64,000 nucleotides of DNA from Octopus sinensis (Eukaryota), in contig NC_042999.1 in the NCBI RefSeq assembly GCF_006345805.1, positions 106,392,001 through 106,456,000 of the forward strand. The letters are read 5' to 3'. The notes beneath the pieces are model-generated. The model did no database searches, was not told where the DNA came from, and was given only the letters and a program-made list of their open reading frames with translations. Made by a program: the position numbers and the translations under genes. Shown piece by piece: positions 1 to 12,219 of this stretch (positions are counted from its first letter, which is position 1; each line of letters starts with the position of its first letter).

Positions 1-16
1 AATAAAATATTTATAT

Positions 17-413
17 ACTCTTTACTCTTTTACTCTTTTACTTGTTTCAGTCATTTGACTGCGGCCATGCTGGAGCACCCCCTTTAGTCGAGCAAATCGA
101 CCCTGGCACTTATTCTTTGTAAGGCCAGTACTTATTCTATCGGTCTCTTTTGCCGAACCGCTAAGTAACGGGGACGTAAACAGACCAGCATCGGTTGTCA
201 ATCAATGCTAGAGGGACAAACACAGACACACAAACATATACACACATACATATATATACATATAAACGATAGGCTTCTTTTAGTTTCCGTCTACCAAATC
301 CACTCACAAGGCTTTGGTCGGCCCGAGGCTATAGCAGAAGACACTTGCTCAAGATGGGACTGAACCCGGAACCATGTGGTTGGTTAGCAAGCTACTTACC
401 ACACAGCCACTCC
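17..413 (-). mobile_element. tRNA-derived SINE, family 1 (octopus-type), near full length
   Basis: Minus strand begins GGAGTGGCTGTGTGGTAAGTAGCTTGC...CCGGGTTCAGTCCC (A-box- and B-box-like). Internal (CA/TA)n tract and short tandem CTCTTTA tail at 17-41. Homologous copies at 24130-24240 and 26745-27075. Confidence 0.85.
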
Positions 414-1189
414 TTATAAAAAGATATGAAACTATGTGAAACGAATGCATTTCTCTTACACTTTGTATATGTTTTCCATATATTTTCAGTTCATAATTTT
501 TCCACGGGGTGTATACTGAATCTCCAGTATTTTTCTTCTCCTTTATATTTATATAATATTTATATATACACACATATTAGTATACATTAATCTCAAGAAC
601 TTATGGAAAGACTGGTGATGAAAGGAAATCCTTAATGACAATTGAGAAATTTCTAGTGACTATTCTACAAACAATTTATTTTCTCTTCTCGACCGTCCGG
701 TAGCTTTACAACGAATTACGCAATATAATATGCAGAATTTTTTTTAAAGAATCGTAGCGAATTTTAATTCTTATTTTATAAGCATTGAGTTCAATAACTT
801 ATGAATACATCGAAATTATTTCTACTAACGCATATATAGCACATATATGTATAAACACACTAACACCCACGTACACACTATCATGCACATAATGGTAAGT
901 TTACATACACACATAATCACTTTAGCATACGTATTGAAACACACACACAATCACACATAACTGTTCTCATACAAGCATATACAAGGTTTTCCTCGGTAGG
1001 TAAAGAAAATCAACACTTTAAGAGTACGTTTCTTTAACCATTATCGCAACAATATACTCTGAAATGGGAATCAGAGAAATTGATACAATGGGGTGTTAGT
1101 GTTTTTGGTGTTGGACATCATTAGCATTGTCAGTTATTTTTGGCATTACATAATTGTCTTCATGGCTGCACCTACATCCCCGATGCTAT

Positions 1190-1325
1190 TACTATTAACT
1201 TATCCCCATCATCACTGTCACTGCCATCAATGTTATCCTCATCAACCTCCATTTAGTCATCACCATCATCATCACTATTGTCACCGTCTTCTTCTTCATT
1301 CTCATTGCCATCATCACCGTCGTTG
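1190..1325. repeat. degenerate (CAT/CAC/CGT)n trinucleotide low-complexity tract
   Basis: catcatcactgtcactgccatc...caccatcatcatcactatt; explains the His-rich ORF 1093..1431. Confidence 0.6.
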
Positions 1326-1388
1326 TTTATTGATTCTCATCATAATATATATATTCATTATTTATAATACTTCTCCTATGAGGCATAC

Positions 1389-1556
1389 CACCTATAAGAT
1401 GAATGTTATTGTCAGCATGCCTACAAGCTAAACAACGGTAATTATCATTGTCATCGCAGTAGGTTAACACGCAAGAAATTTCAATTAATAACTTAGCATA
1501 ATTCTCCAGCAAATTTGAATCATAGTTACGTATACCTCCTCGTTTCAGAGAACAGT
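1389..1556 (-). other. weak candidate coding exon (168 nt, phase 1-1)
   Basis: Minus strand ...gtatttcag|ACTGTT...ATAGGTG|gtatgc. Stop-free frame (D)CSLKRGGIRNYDSNLLENYAKLLIEISCVLTYCDDNDNYRCLACRHADNNIHLIG. No homology recognised. Confidence 0.25.
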
Positions 1557-4500
1557 CTGAAATACATATACACATATCTCACCCACTAATATGAAGCTTC
1601 CCCATCTGGAAACATTATCTGTCTCTCTATCTACCTCCCTTTGTTACTCTTTCTTTTCCTGAAAGTGGCTAATTAAAATGTCATATCATAAGAGATATTT
1701 CTTAGAATGAGATATTTAGTATTAATGAGACTCTGTAGGCGTCTGCACTAAGAAAATATTTATACCAAATGGTGGATTTGCTTTGACAAATACTTCATAC
1801 AATACCCTTCATTCATAGATATTACTAGTTTAGTGTAATGTAATTTTCTCTCCCATACATACACCCATAAACACTGAGTTGATCCACCAGAAGACAAAAG
1901 GAGGTAAACAGTGATTTTTTTCCGTCTGGATAAATGGTTTTACATTAGCACAAGTTAAAACTATGTAATGAAAATAGAGAGCATTTTCAAGTGTTGACTA
2001 TTGTTATTTATATATGAAAATACATGGAGGAAATCGGTTGATATTGATAAAATCAGGCAAAACTTCAACGAATAATTTAACCTGGTAATAATACAACATT
2101 TCAATCTCATTTACGTCGATAACAACAGTAACGTTTACGAATGGCGAGTGTAACCGGTATCACTTTACAACGATTTTTAATTAGTTATGTAAAATAAAAT
2201 ATGTTACCTGGAAACTAAGACGGATCTAAAGTAGTTTTAATTATCTGGTTATGTAACAATTTCGTTGTTCCTCTGTATAAAATATCCATTTGTTATATTG
2301 CTTCATAGATGAGCTGTACCACACATGTAGCTAAATAATTGGTCTCCTGAATGAAAAATACTGAGGAAACAGATTAATCCGATTACAAGGCGTCGATTGT
2401 TGGCCTGCATTATCAAACATCAGCTGCACGATTTCTTCTGTTGTCTTCCCCTTCAAATAACCTTGATCAAAATGTTAGAATTCACTTCTCTTTGCTGTAC
2501 ACTTGCATATCTATTTTGTGAGATAGATTGTATCGTAACATTTATATAATGCAAATTTTGGCCTGCTTAAATATGTCTTTCTCTTTGAAACTTTATCTTC
2601 AAAATAGAAATATCAAATTTATCATTTGTCACTCTTTAATTCATAAGAAGGTTTTAAATCTTAATAAAATTACGACTTTGTCAAAGAGAATTTCATTGTT
2701 TTAGATTAGAAATTTGCAACTTCCTAAGAATGTGTAAGTCAGTTTTGCGGCTTTTATTGGCCTTTATGTTTCCAATTTGTTTTTCATAGCCTTAGAATAC
2801 TAGAGGAAAAACTGCGGTTAGTGCAAAAGAATATGCTTAAGAAATTATTGACAAATAGATATTCTTAAAATATGTTTCTTCCTACACAAATCCCATTTGC
2901 AAGAATGAATGGATATAAGATATTGAATTACGTTAATTGTTTCATTGGCACTTGCTACATGAAACTTATAAGTGTCAAGAAAATATATAAAATATTGCTG
3001 AAATTGTTTACTTCATTTAATGATTTTCTAATAATTAAAATTTTCAATAATGACGAATTATTTGAAAAGTATTGAAATATTCTTCAAATAGAAGGGAAAC
3101 GGAGATCATTAGTGAAGAAACATTGTCAGGCGGCATTAGATTCATGTTATCCAGTCTGGAATTTTAAAAATGTTTATATAGATGTTCGATTGAATGAGAT
3201 ATTTAATTTCATTCCATTTCTAGCCTACCATCTCAATGAAAGTATTGCAACTTTGTAGCTGAGGTTAACTACATATCGACATGGCCTTTTGTTCATTTTC
3301 TGAAACATTTTAGTCATTGAAAATATCAGCTTTTAACGGACAAAAGCTTACTGTTTGAAACAAAATCTAGTGCATGTCCAGTACTATTTTGTTATCGTGT
3401 AACAAGGAATGCCAATTCAACTTCAGTAGTAGTTGTGCTTTTCCTTTCATCATTAAAAAGTCACTTATGCTGATGCACAACTATCTCGTTTTATCAGTTT
3501 TGTTAAAAGGCATACTGCCATATTTATAAATAAAGTTTACAATATATTTTTGTTATTTAGTTTCATAAAGTGAAATTAACCATGGAGTGTAAAATGTCTC
3601 TCAACTTTAGTTCAGTAGATGATCAAATCAAATATAAAAATAGCCTTCGTCTTGTATAACGATGTCCTTGACATACAAAATTATGGGGTGTTCATGCTTA
3701 CAAAATATTTGATACTAGATATGTTAGATCATGGATAATTTTCGGGTAGAAAAAAACAACCCAACAAAACTTTAACAAATAAACCTGAATAGTCAAACTT
3801 AATATGGATCATATTAAACGTATATAAAGTTTTCTAATACCCGCTGGAGGAGGGACGTTAAAAGCTGCAAGAACTTTTCCATTTCCACTAGCAATATTTA
3901 AGCAATAAATATTTTCTTTCAATATTTAAAATAGAAAACATAAAGTATGAAAGCCAGTTCAAGAGGAGTTTAGATTGCCGAGGAAAAGTTAGACTTCATG
4001 CGTTTGCAAAATACCTCTCTATCTTCACACAAATATACACATAACATGTATCTAACCATCTCATTTCTCTTCTTTCACTCTAGCCTCTAGCTAGTTAGCC
4101 TTATTGGTACGTCTTGTGTCTAGTGACACAGTTTGAATTACATATGTAACATCAGTGATTTATTCATATATAATGGAGAACTTTGATATTAAATCCATCA
4201 AAGAAACAATTAAATGAGGCTGTTGTCACATCGTGCAAGGAAATAACACATTAGTAAACAATCTTAATTATTCATTTGTCAGATTCCGCAAGTACACTGA
4301 GATGGCTCAGACAGATTGCATCAATACACACCTGTTCAGACGTACAAAAACATTCACAGAATATCATTTCGCTTTCAAATTCCCCGATATAAAAGTCACA
4401 GACACCTAAATTATCTTTTCAGCAAAATTTAGTAAAGCCACAATTCAGATCAACACACCTGCAATTTACAAAGTTTATAATTTCCTAAGAAAACTTTTAT

Positions 4501-5035
4501 ACAAACTACTTTATAATTCTTGTGTGTTGAATTACTGATCATTTCCAATATTTAATTTTTTGTTGCTGATAGAATATATTCTAACGCAGAGTGCAATAAA
4601 GTATTTTTGAACGGAATTAAGTACATTAAGTAATATAAAGGTGTTTCAACACAGTGTAATAAATTAATTTAATTAATGTTAATTTTGTAAAACGATTTTA
4701 GCCCATTAATTAGTTACAGAGGAAGCGGCAGAATTCATAATATTTGTGACATCGATGAATAAACATTTCCAAGAACAGGTCTAAATTATAAGGTATGAGA
4801 ATTACCTTTTGCAAATTTGACCTTCGTAAAAACTGCCATAGCCCGAAAGGCTCTCAAACGGTGCGTCCTCGAGAACTGGGTTTTTTTTCATTTCTTCTTA
4901 TCCTTTCTGTCTTTATGTTTTTTTTTTGTCTTTTTACTAACTAATTTTTTGGATTTTGTTTTCAATTCTATACTTTTTATAATTTTTGTTGAAATTTTTG
5001 TTGAACTATTAAGAGAACTTTAAAAAAAGAACATC

Positions 5036-5330
5036 GTGGCGAAAAAGGAGTTCATTGTTCACTTTTAAGTGAATTATTTTGGTGGGCGGATCCTCTGCCG
5101 CCATAAACTGTGGAATTCCTTTTTGCTACTGTGGAAAAACAAAATTTTCTTCGTTGTGTATTTACCACCTAATGTTAAATTAATTTTGTTCCTGCTACTG
5201 TGTCCCCGACTCAATAGAGTACCTCTTTTGGAAACTACAACGGCCAGGAGTACCGGTTGGCTGGAACTTCATTTTTTTGAAGAAGCTGTTCCAGTGATTT
5301 GAACTATCAAAGTGCAAAGAACTGTCGCCC
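5036..5330 (+). pseudogene. heavily deleted third copy of the Gag/ORF1p-like gene
   Basis: Starts GTGGCGAAAAAGGAG (cf. ATGGCGAAAAAGAAT at 5462) after a duplicated leader. Retains tac tgt gga aaa aca (YCGKT) and tta cca cct aat gtt aaa tta (LPPNVKL), matching YCGRT...LPPNLK of the 5462 copy. Confidence 0.4.
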
Positions 5331-5461
5331 TGCTGAACTGTTTTTTCATTTTTTGTTATCTTTTCTGTCTATATTTTTCTCTTGTCTTCTTTCTAACTGC
5401 TTTTTAATTTTATTTTTAATTCTTTACTTCTCATAAATTTTTATGAACTATTTAAGAGAAC

Positions 5462-6060
5462 ATGGCGAAAAAGAATGTCTTGGAGTGGGAGATTATCCAA
5501 CCTAAAGAGTGGATTAAACAGCAGGAGGAGAACACGGTGGTGTTGAGAACATATTTGAAGGTTCTCGACGCCATCAGCATGTTCTCCAAAGAAGTAACAG
5601 GAGAATATTTGAAGGACTATCTACCAAATGTGAAATTTATTGCACGGTGTGTTGGATATGCAACGATTTGGTTGCTATTTGACAACCCGATGAGGCTCGC
5701 ATTTTTGCGAGCCAGCCCCAGGAGAGCAATAAAATTTGTTTTTTCCCACGTATTGTGGGAGGACACTGACGCGGGCTTGTGTTTGTGGGTTGCCACCGAA
5801 CTTAAAACCAGGCTGGATAGAGGACACTATCCGCCGGGGTTTGGGTGGCAGCGGCACCAATCTCATTAATGTTAAATTATTACCAGTGGCTGATTGGGTG
5901 GGGTCAAAAGTTATTTTGACCCTGTGGACCCAATCAGTAAAGAAGTTAGTCTTTCCAGTATTTTTAACTATGGCTGGGAGCAGGTACCCGGTGATTCTTG
6001 AGGATCATCCCCAAATGTCACGGTTGTCTGTAACATGGCCATACAAAAGAGAATTGCCCC
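5462..6060 (+). pseudogene. Gag/ORF1p-like nucleic-acid-binding protein with CCHC zinc knuckle, frameshifted
   Basis: Frames 2->3->1 join MAKKNVLEW...VVLRTY...IARCVGYATIWLLF / FFPTYCGRTLTRACVCGLPPNLKPGW...AGSRYPVILE / KCHGCL*HGHTKENCP. C-x2-C-x4-H-x4-C at 6016-6057 with an internal TAA at 6031. AATAAA at 6201. Confidence 0.75.
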
Positions 6061-6309
6061 CAGGACCAACAATCGGCGGGAGTTGTCTGTTTCCTCCATT
6101 AGTCATCATTCTCACTTTTCATCTCATATAACATTATGTCTATGTCCAGCCCGCAGCTTCCTTCTTTCTCTATGTAAGGCCATTATAGCCAATTTAATTA
6201 AATAAAGCTTGCTTCCGGTTTATCGTTGTTCAGTTGGATTGTTCATTTTGTTCGTTATACACGTGTTTTTTTTGCTGTCTTGGCGGTGCGACGTTTTTCC
6301 TCTGGTCTA

Positions 6310-7132
6310 ATGGAGGGGCGTTGTGCGGAGAGTTGTGAGGGTTTAAGCTATTCTTCTTCAGAATTTGTGTCGTATGAGGAAGAAATGGCGAAGTATTTTA
6401 ACTAGATTGATGCAGTGATAGAAACAAGAAATTACGCCGCAACGGCAAAGGGAAAAATTGAAGACATAAGTCTGGAAGAGCTGAGCAAGTACAAGGAAAT
6501 ACTTAAAATGGAGGGGAATGACGTGAAAGTGTTCCCCGCCAAAGAAGTGTTAAATGATAAGGAGGAGAGAACGATTGTTTACAGGACATACATAGTGGCA
6601 ACAAAAGAAATAGAAGTGGTATCGAAGACACAAATTGAAAAGGTGTTGAGGCCAGTCTGGCAAGAGATATCCTATCTTGCCAGAGGAAGAAAGTATGGAA
6701 CGGTGGAAGTGAAGTTTCGGGAGATAGCTACCGCCAAACTGCACTCAGCCACACCATCAAAAACCGAAGAAGTGGTGCTTCTACCCGTATACCTTAGAGA
6801 CGTGCTTCTAGGGTTAGGATAGAGGAAAGGACATACCACCAGAAATGAATGTAGTCTGGTTGGTGTTTGCCTTACTGCTAGGGATGGAAGAGAAGGTGGT
6901 GGCCCTGCAGGCCAACAGAACACCCTACAGAAACTGGCAAGGGCAGAGTCTAGACATGGTGGTACATATTAACCCAGAGTATATTGAAAGCATGGTGGAA
7001 ACAATCACGGTCGGAGACGTGACACTGAAAGTCAGAGTGGAAGGGAGAATTCCGCGGTGCTATACATGTGGCCTGAAAGGCCACATTAGAGTGGATTGTA
7101 CTCCACCACTTGCGAAAACTACGGAAAGGTAA
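6310..7132 (+). pseudogene. Gag/ORF1p-like protein with CCHC zinc knuckle, paralog of the 5462 copy
   Basis: ATG 6310 is in frame with ORF 6415..6822 (premature TAG at 6403). Frameshifts near 6800-6830 lead into ORF 6845..7132 ending GRIPRCYTCGLKGHIRVDC (CCHC 7058-7099). Shares IVYRTY, LARGRKYGTVEVKF, LPVYL and IPPEM..W motifs with the upstream copy. AATAAA at 7163. Confidence 0.8.
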
Positions 7133-7628
7133 CAAAATGAGAAAGTACAGTAATTTTGTTTTAATAAACTTTTTATATATATTTTGAAGCTGAGAGACTC
7201 ATCAATATGAAATGCCGAGAAATTTTGCAAACTTGCTTTATCTGCGATGAGGACATTTGGAAGAGGCTATGTGGAGAAAAGCATGTAGCAGGGTAAGCTG
7301 ATTAGCAATAAGCCATTGAGAAAACTTGACCAGTTCTGAATTAATTGTATTGAGTAGGGCGGAAATGTCCTGGTGACTAATAAAAATAATAGTCATCAGG
7401 GAAATGTAGAAAATTTAATAAATCAATAGAATTGCATATATCATTTATATAGATAGGGAACGGATTTAATGGGGGCAGTATAGACCCGTTGGGTGACTCC
7501 TAGCTTTATAGTGGATATTGGTAATTTTGATGTTTCAACAGAAACACACTGTTTACGCTGTGAAAGGTATGATCTAAACCAATTTTTAGGAACACCACCT
7601 ATTCCTATACGTCCAAGTTTGAATAGAT

Positions 7629-7629
<1 letters not shown>

Positions 7630-7688
<59 letters not shown>

Positions 7689-7716
7689 ATACTATTTATC
7701 TGTAGATGTATAAATG

Positions 7717-7785
<69 letters not shown>

Positions 7786-7798
7786 CATATATATATAC

Positions 7799-7854
<56 letters not shown>

Positions 7855-7865
7855 TATATATATAT
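7630..7865. repeat. (TA)n microsatellite complex
   Basis: Long interrupted TA runs abutting the 3' end of the Penelope copy. Confidence 0.95.
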
Positions 7866-9236
7866 GGAAAATAGTAAAAAGTGAAAAAAATACAGAAGGC
7901 TTAAAGGTTTAAAATATATATATATTTGCGTCAATATGTCTGAAGAATATTAAAAAAATTTTTTCCTTACAATGACATAGTTTAGAAGAAAGACCGGTTT
8001 CGCGTTTAGCTTTTCAAATTTCTTACGACGTTATGTTTATGTTGAATAGAGTTATCGTTATGTTTATGTTTAAAAGAGTTCTAAATAAGGGGAGGTAATG
8101 AGTGATTTCTTCCGGTGTAAGGTAGATAATCGCTTAAATTTCTTTTCCTTTCCCTTGGTGTGAATTTCTCTGTATCAGTATGTTGGCATGGTTAAGTCTG
8201 GGCTTGTACTTTTCAATGAAGAATGTTTCCTTGTTTAGTCTAATTTATGTTGATGATCCGATAGCACATTGGTAAAATGGAAAGATTAAAATTGTGGTAG
8301 TAGTTGCTTTGCGCATTTCTCAATGTGCTCACTAAAAGGTATCATTCTGTATTCTGGGAATGCAATCTTTTGTCGATGCAGTGTGCATCTACGTCTGAGT
8401 GATAGTCCCGTGGATCCCACGTAGTCTTGGTGGCAGCCCGAGCATTTTATGACATAAATTATGTTTTCAGAGGCACAAGTAAAGTTAGATTTGATCTTGA
8501 ATTTCTGTCCCTCTTTAAAGAGGAATTCTGATCCTTCTAGCAGGTTTGGACATGTTGCACAGTTCGATCTACCACATTTTTTTACTTTTGCATCCGTAAT
8601 TTCAGAAGACAATTTTGCCTTTGTGAGAATCTTTTTAAGTGATTTAGGTTGTTTGTAGCTTTTAATGATTTGGTGTATGTTAAGAATTTCCTTTAATTTG
8701 GGGTCCTTATGAAGTATTGGTAAATTCTGGGTGATGATGGTGAAGGCTTTTTTGTTTCTGGGGTTGTATGTAGATATGTAAGGTAGTATTTTCGGGGAAG
8801 GTGTGTTGTTGTGTTGAACTTTTCTTAAAGTTTCTATGTTGATTTCTGTTGCACGTCTGATCCCATCCTCTATGAGTTGAGCTGGGTAATGTCTGTCAAT
8901 TAGGGTGTTTTTGAGTTCTTGCAGTCTAAAGTTCCTGGTATTTTGTTCTGACACTATTGTGCATATCCTTCCTGCAAGGTTGAAGGGGATGTTTGTTTTA
9001 GTGTGTCTTAGGTGGCATGAATTAAAAAGAAGGTATTGTTTGGTGTCTGTGGCTTTGTAAAAAATGTCTGTTTCTATTTTAAGGTTAATTTTTTTGATTA
9101 GTATATCCAAGAACGGGAGCTCCTTTTGGTTGTATTCCATTGTGAACTGTATATTTGGGTTTATGCTGTTCAATAGGTTTTTAAATTTTAGGAGTTTATC
9201 TGTGTTTTCATTCCAGAGTATAAAACAATCGTCTAA
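7866..9236 (-). mobile_element. Penelope-like element, 5'-truncated (RT C-terminus, thumb, GIY-YIG endonuclease, 3' UTR)
   Basis: ORF 8286..9263: LDDCF (RT YxDD region), LPFLDI, YKATD, CGRSNCATC linker, IYVIKCSGCHQDYVGST (GIY-YIG). A 1-bp deletion near 8290 relative to the 41118 copy shifts the last ~30 codons. (TA)n on both sides. Confidence 0.93.
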
Positions 9237-9494
9237 TATATATATATACACATACACACACACATTTACGTGTATATGCGCGAATGTGCGTGCTCACCTA
9301 CATTCACATAAATACTGAGACAAAAATACCAATTTAAATTTGTTTCATTTCTATCATTGTCGCAATGGGATTGGCAAGCGCCCACATAAAATATTTAATA
9401 GCAGAGATTGTTTTGTAATAAAGGAAGCTGTAGAAACAGTTAGAGTGCTTTTCATTTTAGCCGAGTCTTTGATCACGTATAGCCAATAGTGATT

Positions 9495-9690
9495 CCAAAT
9501 TTTGGCGCAAGACAGCAATTTCAAGTGATGGATAAGTCCATTATCTAGAACTCAGTATTCAACTGCTATTTGATTTATCGACCCTGAAAGGTATAGTGGT
9601 GGTATCCGAAGTCTGGAAGGTAAAGACTTACGAAATGACACTAAGCATTTTGTTCTGTGTGCTACCGATTCTTCCACCTTGCCACCTAGC
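9495..9690 (-). mobile_element. degenerate tRNA-derived SINE, family 2
   Basis: Collinear but diverged match to 56745-56978 (tttatcgaccctgaaagg; gtaaagac..acgaaat..ctaagcattt..gtgcta.cgattct.cca.ct.gcc.cct). Confidence 0.6.
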
Positions 9691-9704
9691 GTATATTTCA
9701 ACAA

Positions 9705-9785
9705 CCCACCGGTTGTGAAGCAATGATGGAGGAGAAACAGACCCAAAGAGACACGCACTTTGTTTCCGTCAACCAAATCCACTCG
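9705..9785 (-). mobile_element. fragment of SINE family 1
   Basis: ccggttgtgaagcaatgatgg...tttccgtcaaccaaatccactc matches the internal part of 17-413. Confidence 0.45.
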
Positions 9786-10275
9786 TCTCCTTCCTTCTCC
9801 TTCCTAACTTTATCATTAATACTTTTTAGGATAACACCTACGTAAAGTCTATAAACAAAACATTCAAAAGAAATATTTCCATGAATTGAAAATATTTCAT
9901 GAATTGAACAGGACTGCTACCATCCACTGACTATTCAAATTACTACTATCACGGCACTCCCAAATTCTTCTCTCCTTCTACCCCTTCTCCTCCTCCTCCT
10001 CCTTCTTCTTCTTTTTCTTCTTCTTCCCTACCAAGAATTCACAACTACATCGAACCCACAAGAGTAAATAAGAGAGACAGACACAGACAGAAACAAGGAA
10101 AATGCCACTTGTATTTGAATACTATACAAATATTCTTTTTAAACAAACTTTTCTTTTAATTTTTCTAAATTTTATTATTTAATTGTTACAGTTGAAAATG
10201 TCTCAATGACTGTAACCGGTACTGAAATGATTTTTTACAAAATTATTTTAGCATTTTCTATCTTTGACTTTTTTC

Positions 10276-10326
<51 letters not shown>

Positions 10327-11204
10327 GTACAAACATATATCTAATTATATATATGTATAAATATATATTTATATATACGTATGTGTGTGTGTGCGTGTGT
10401 GTGTGTGTGTGTGGTTGCATAAATTTGATCAGAAGATATTTTAACATCGTGAAGAGATAGTTGTATGCAATGAAATACTGGTTCAATACCTAATAGTTTT
10501 CAGAATGAAATTCCCTTAAAACAATAGGTGCACATTAAACATATAGTATAATATCCATTTAAAAGAAGAAAGGAATTGGAGAAAAGGAAGTTAATAATTG
10601 TTTATTATTAACAAAATTTTGTCATCTTTGCTTTTTATAGCCGTTTCATTCAATGCACAATAATTTAATTCCAAATTTGTACATTAAATTTACATTTATG
10701 TGACCTGTGGATAATTTCATCAGAGAAAGAAATTTTAAATAAACCTTTGGATGTTGTATGAGGATCTATCATTTCATTTCACCTGACCGAAAATGCAAAC
10801 TATTCACCTGTAAACCATATATTTAAGACAATAAATCACCAAGGAGACAGAGCGGAGGAGTTTTGTGGCTTGGGAATCATATTGATAATTAAATAAAATG
10901 ACGGATACGTATACAAGAATGCCAAAACAATCTATCCAGTATTTATATGATGAGGAAGAAATTTTCTACGATATTTGCGTAATTCTTTAAAATTTACAAT
11001 ATGTAAGATGAAGCGAATGTTTTAGTTAAATCATTCATCACATAACTTTAATGTTGTTATAGAAATAGTATATTAAGAAAGAATATATAATTAGATAGAA
11101 TGATAGCTGGATGTTCTATTACATCTATTTGGTGATGTAACACGAATTAATCTATTTTTGTTTACTGTCAAACCAGATGGAGAATATTTATGATAAATAG
11201 TGCA

Positions 11205-11960
11205 TTTGCATTCGAAGAAAACTGTCAACAGTGTCTTCACGCTGCTTCGACTCATTCGTGCTTTCTCCGGTCTTAGAGAATTTGGAGACTTTCACTGCAA
11301 AGAGTGAACTTTAGTTTCGGGGTAATAGTCATAGACTCTCAATTCGTCAGCTGTTATATCCGTTTTCACAACAGTGTCCGTCTACTACAGCACAATCAAT
11401 GAGATTCTGCGCCACATAAACCCGAACTTTTTCATTAACCGAAGGCAGTTTTTAAACAAACTTGTCAGACAGACGACTTATATTCAAATCATCAGTGAGA
11501 ATTAACTAACCTGAACCATAACTAATGTTCACATCCTTTGACAACTTATGTACAGTGATACATTAGTTTTTCCGAAGATGTGTGGTTTCATCAGTTCTAC
11601 TGGTTGCGGTCTCCCAGAAGATCTGTCACTCTTTTTCGGCCATCTAGAAGCCCTTACCACCACTTGTATACTCGGGTCTGGCTCATGCACTCCTCTCCAT
11701 ACGTTTTCTGCCACTTCGTGTAGGTCTCTGCACAAGATTTTGGCAACATTGTTGCTTATTCTCTGCTCCTACTAATCTGCCATTCTTTCCGATGGAAGCT
11801 CTGTGCTTTGTGAGACATACACTACGCACTTTCCTTCCAAACACTGCCATGAATAACAGAAGTGAGCGAGAATGCTATACCTCAGTGTGCATTGGTGACA
11901 GAGTTTAAGCTCAATTTGTGCCAAACGACATCACTCTCCGTACTCTAACTCAGTTACAAA
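11205..11960 (-). mobile_element. degenerate mariner transposon (5' UTR, HTH region, start of catalytic domain)
   Basis: Minus-strand frames give AETYTKWQKTYGEECMSQTRVYKW, SGRP, and ITADELRVYDYYPETKVHSLQ*KSPNSLRPEKARMSRSSVKTLLTVF, the mariner ITGDE.W...PETK.QS.QW motif. Many stops and frameshifts. Confidence 0.75.
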
Positions 11961-12219
11961 TGCAACTGTGCGATATCTTTTGATCAGATGTCTTGACACT
12001 CTAGATCATCTGTTTTAATTTAGCGTTGCATGGAACGTCTGCATGATTTCTTCTCCGTGCTGAGGTGACTATAGAGAGTCTGACGAAAACAATTTCAGCG
12101 TGTTTTCGGTAACGAAAGTTTAGAACTAAGAACAAAACTTATTTTGTTTTAAGCCGTGATTGTTACACCTCAATCAATAACTGCCTGTCATGGACTTTCT
12201 ACCGCCAGCTTATTCGAAA

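Noticed and set aside
7369-7400. 11-bp hairpin containing CTGATGA on the minus strand
   Set aside because: No GAAA or helix arrangement follows, so it is not a hammerhead; also not interpretable as a bacterial terminator in this eukaryotic context.
7493-7934. ORFs rich in YI/IY, and similar CV, HT, RE, LS, poly-I/L/K/S ORFs across the window (e.g. 10206, 12774, 21777, 25458-25965, 27962-29258, 30640, 35518, 47685, 48683)
   Set aside because: They are translations of (TA)n, (CA)n, (GA)n, (TAA)n, (TAG)n and (GAA)n microsatellites that lack stops in some frames.
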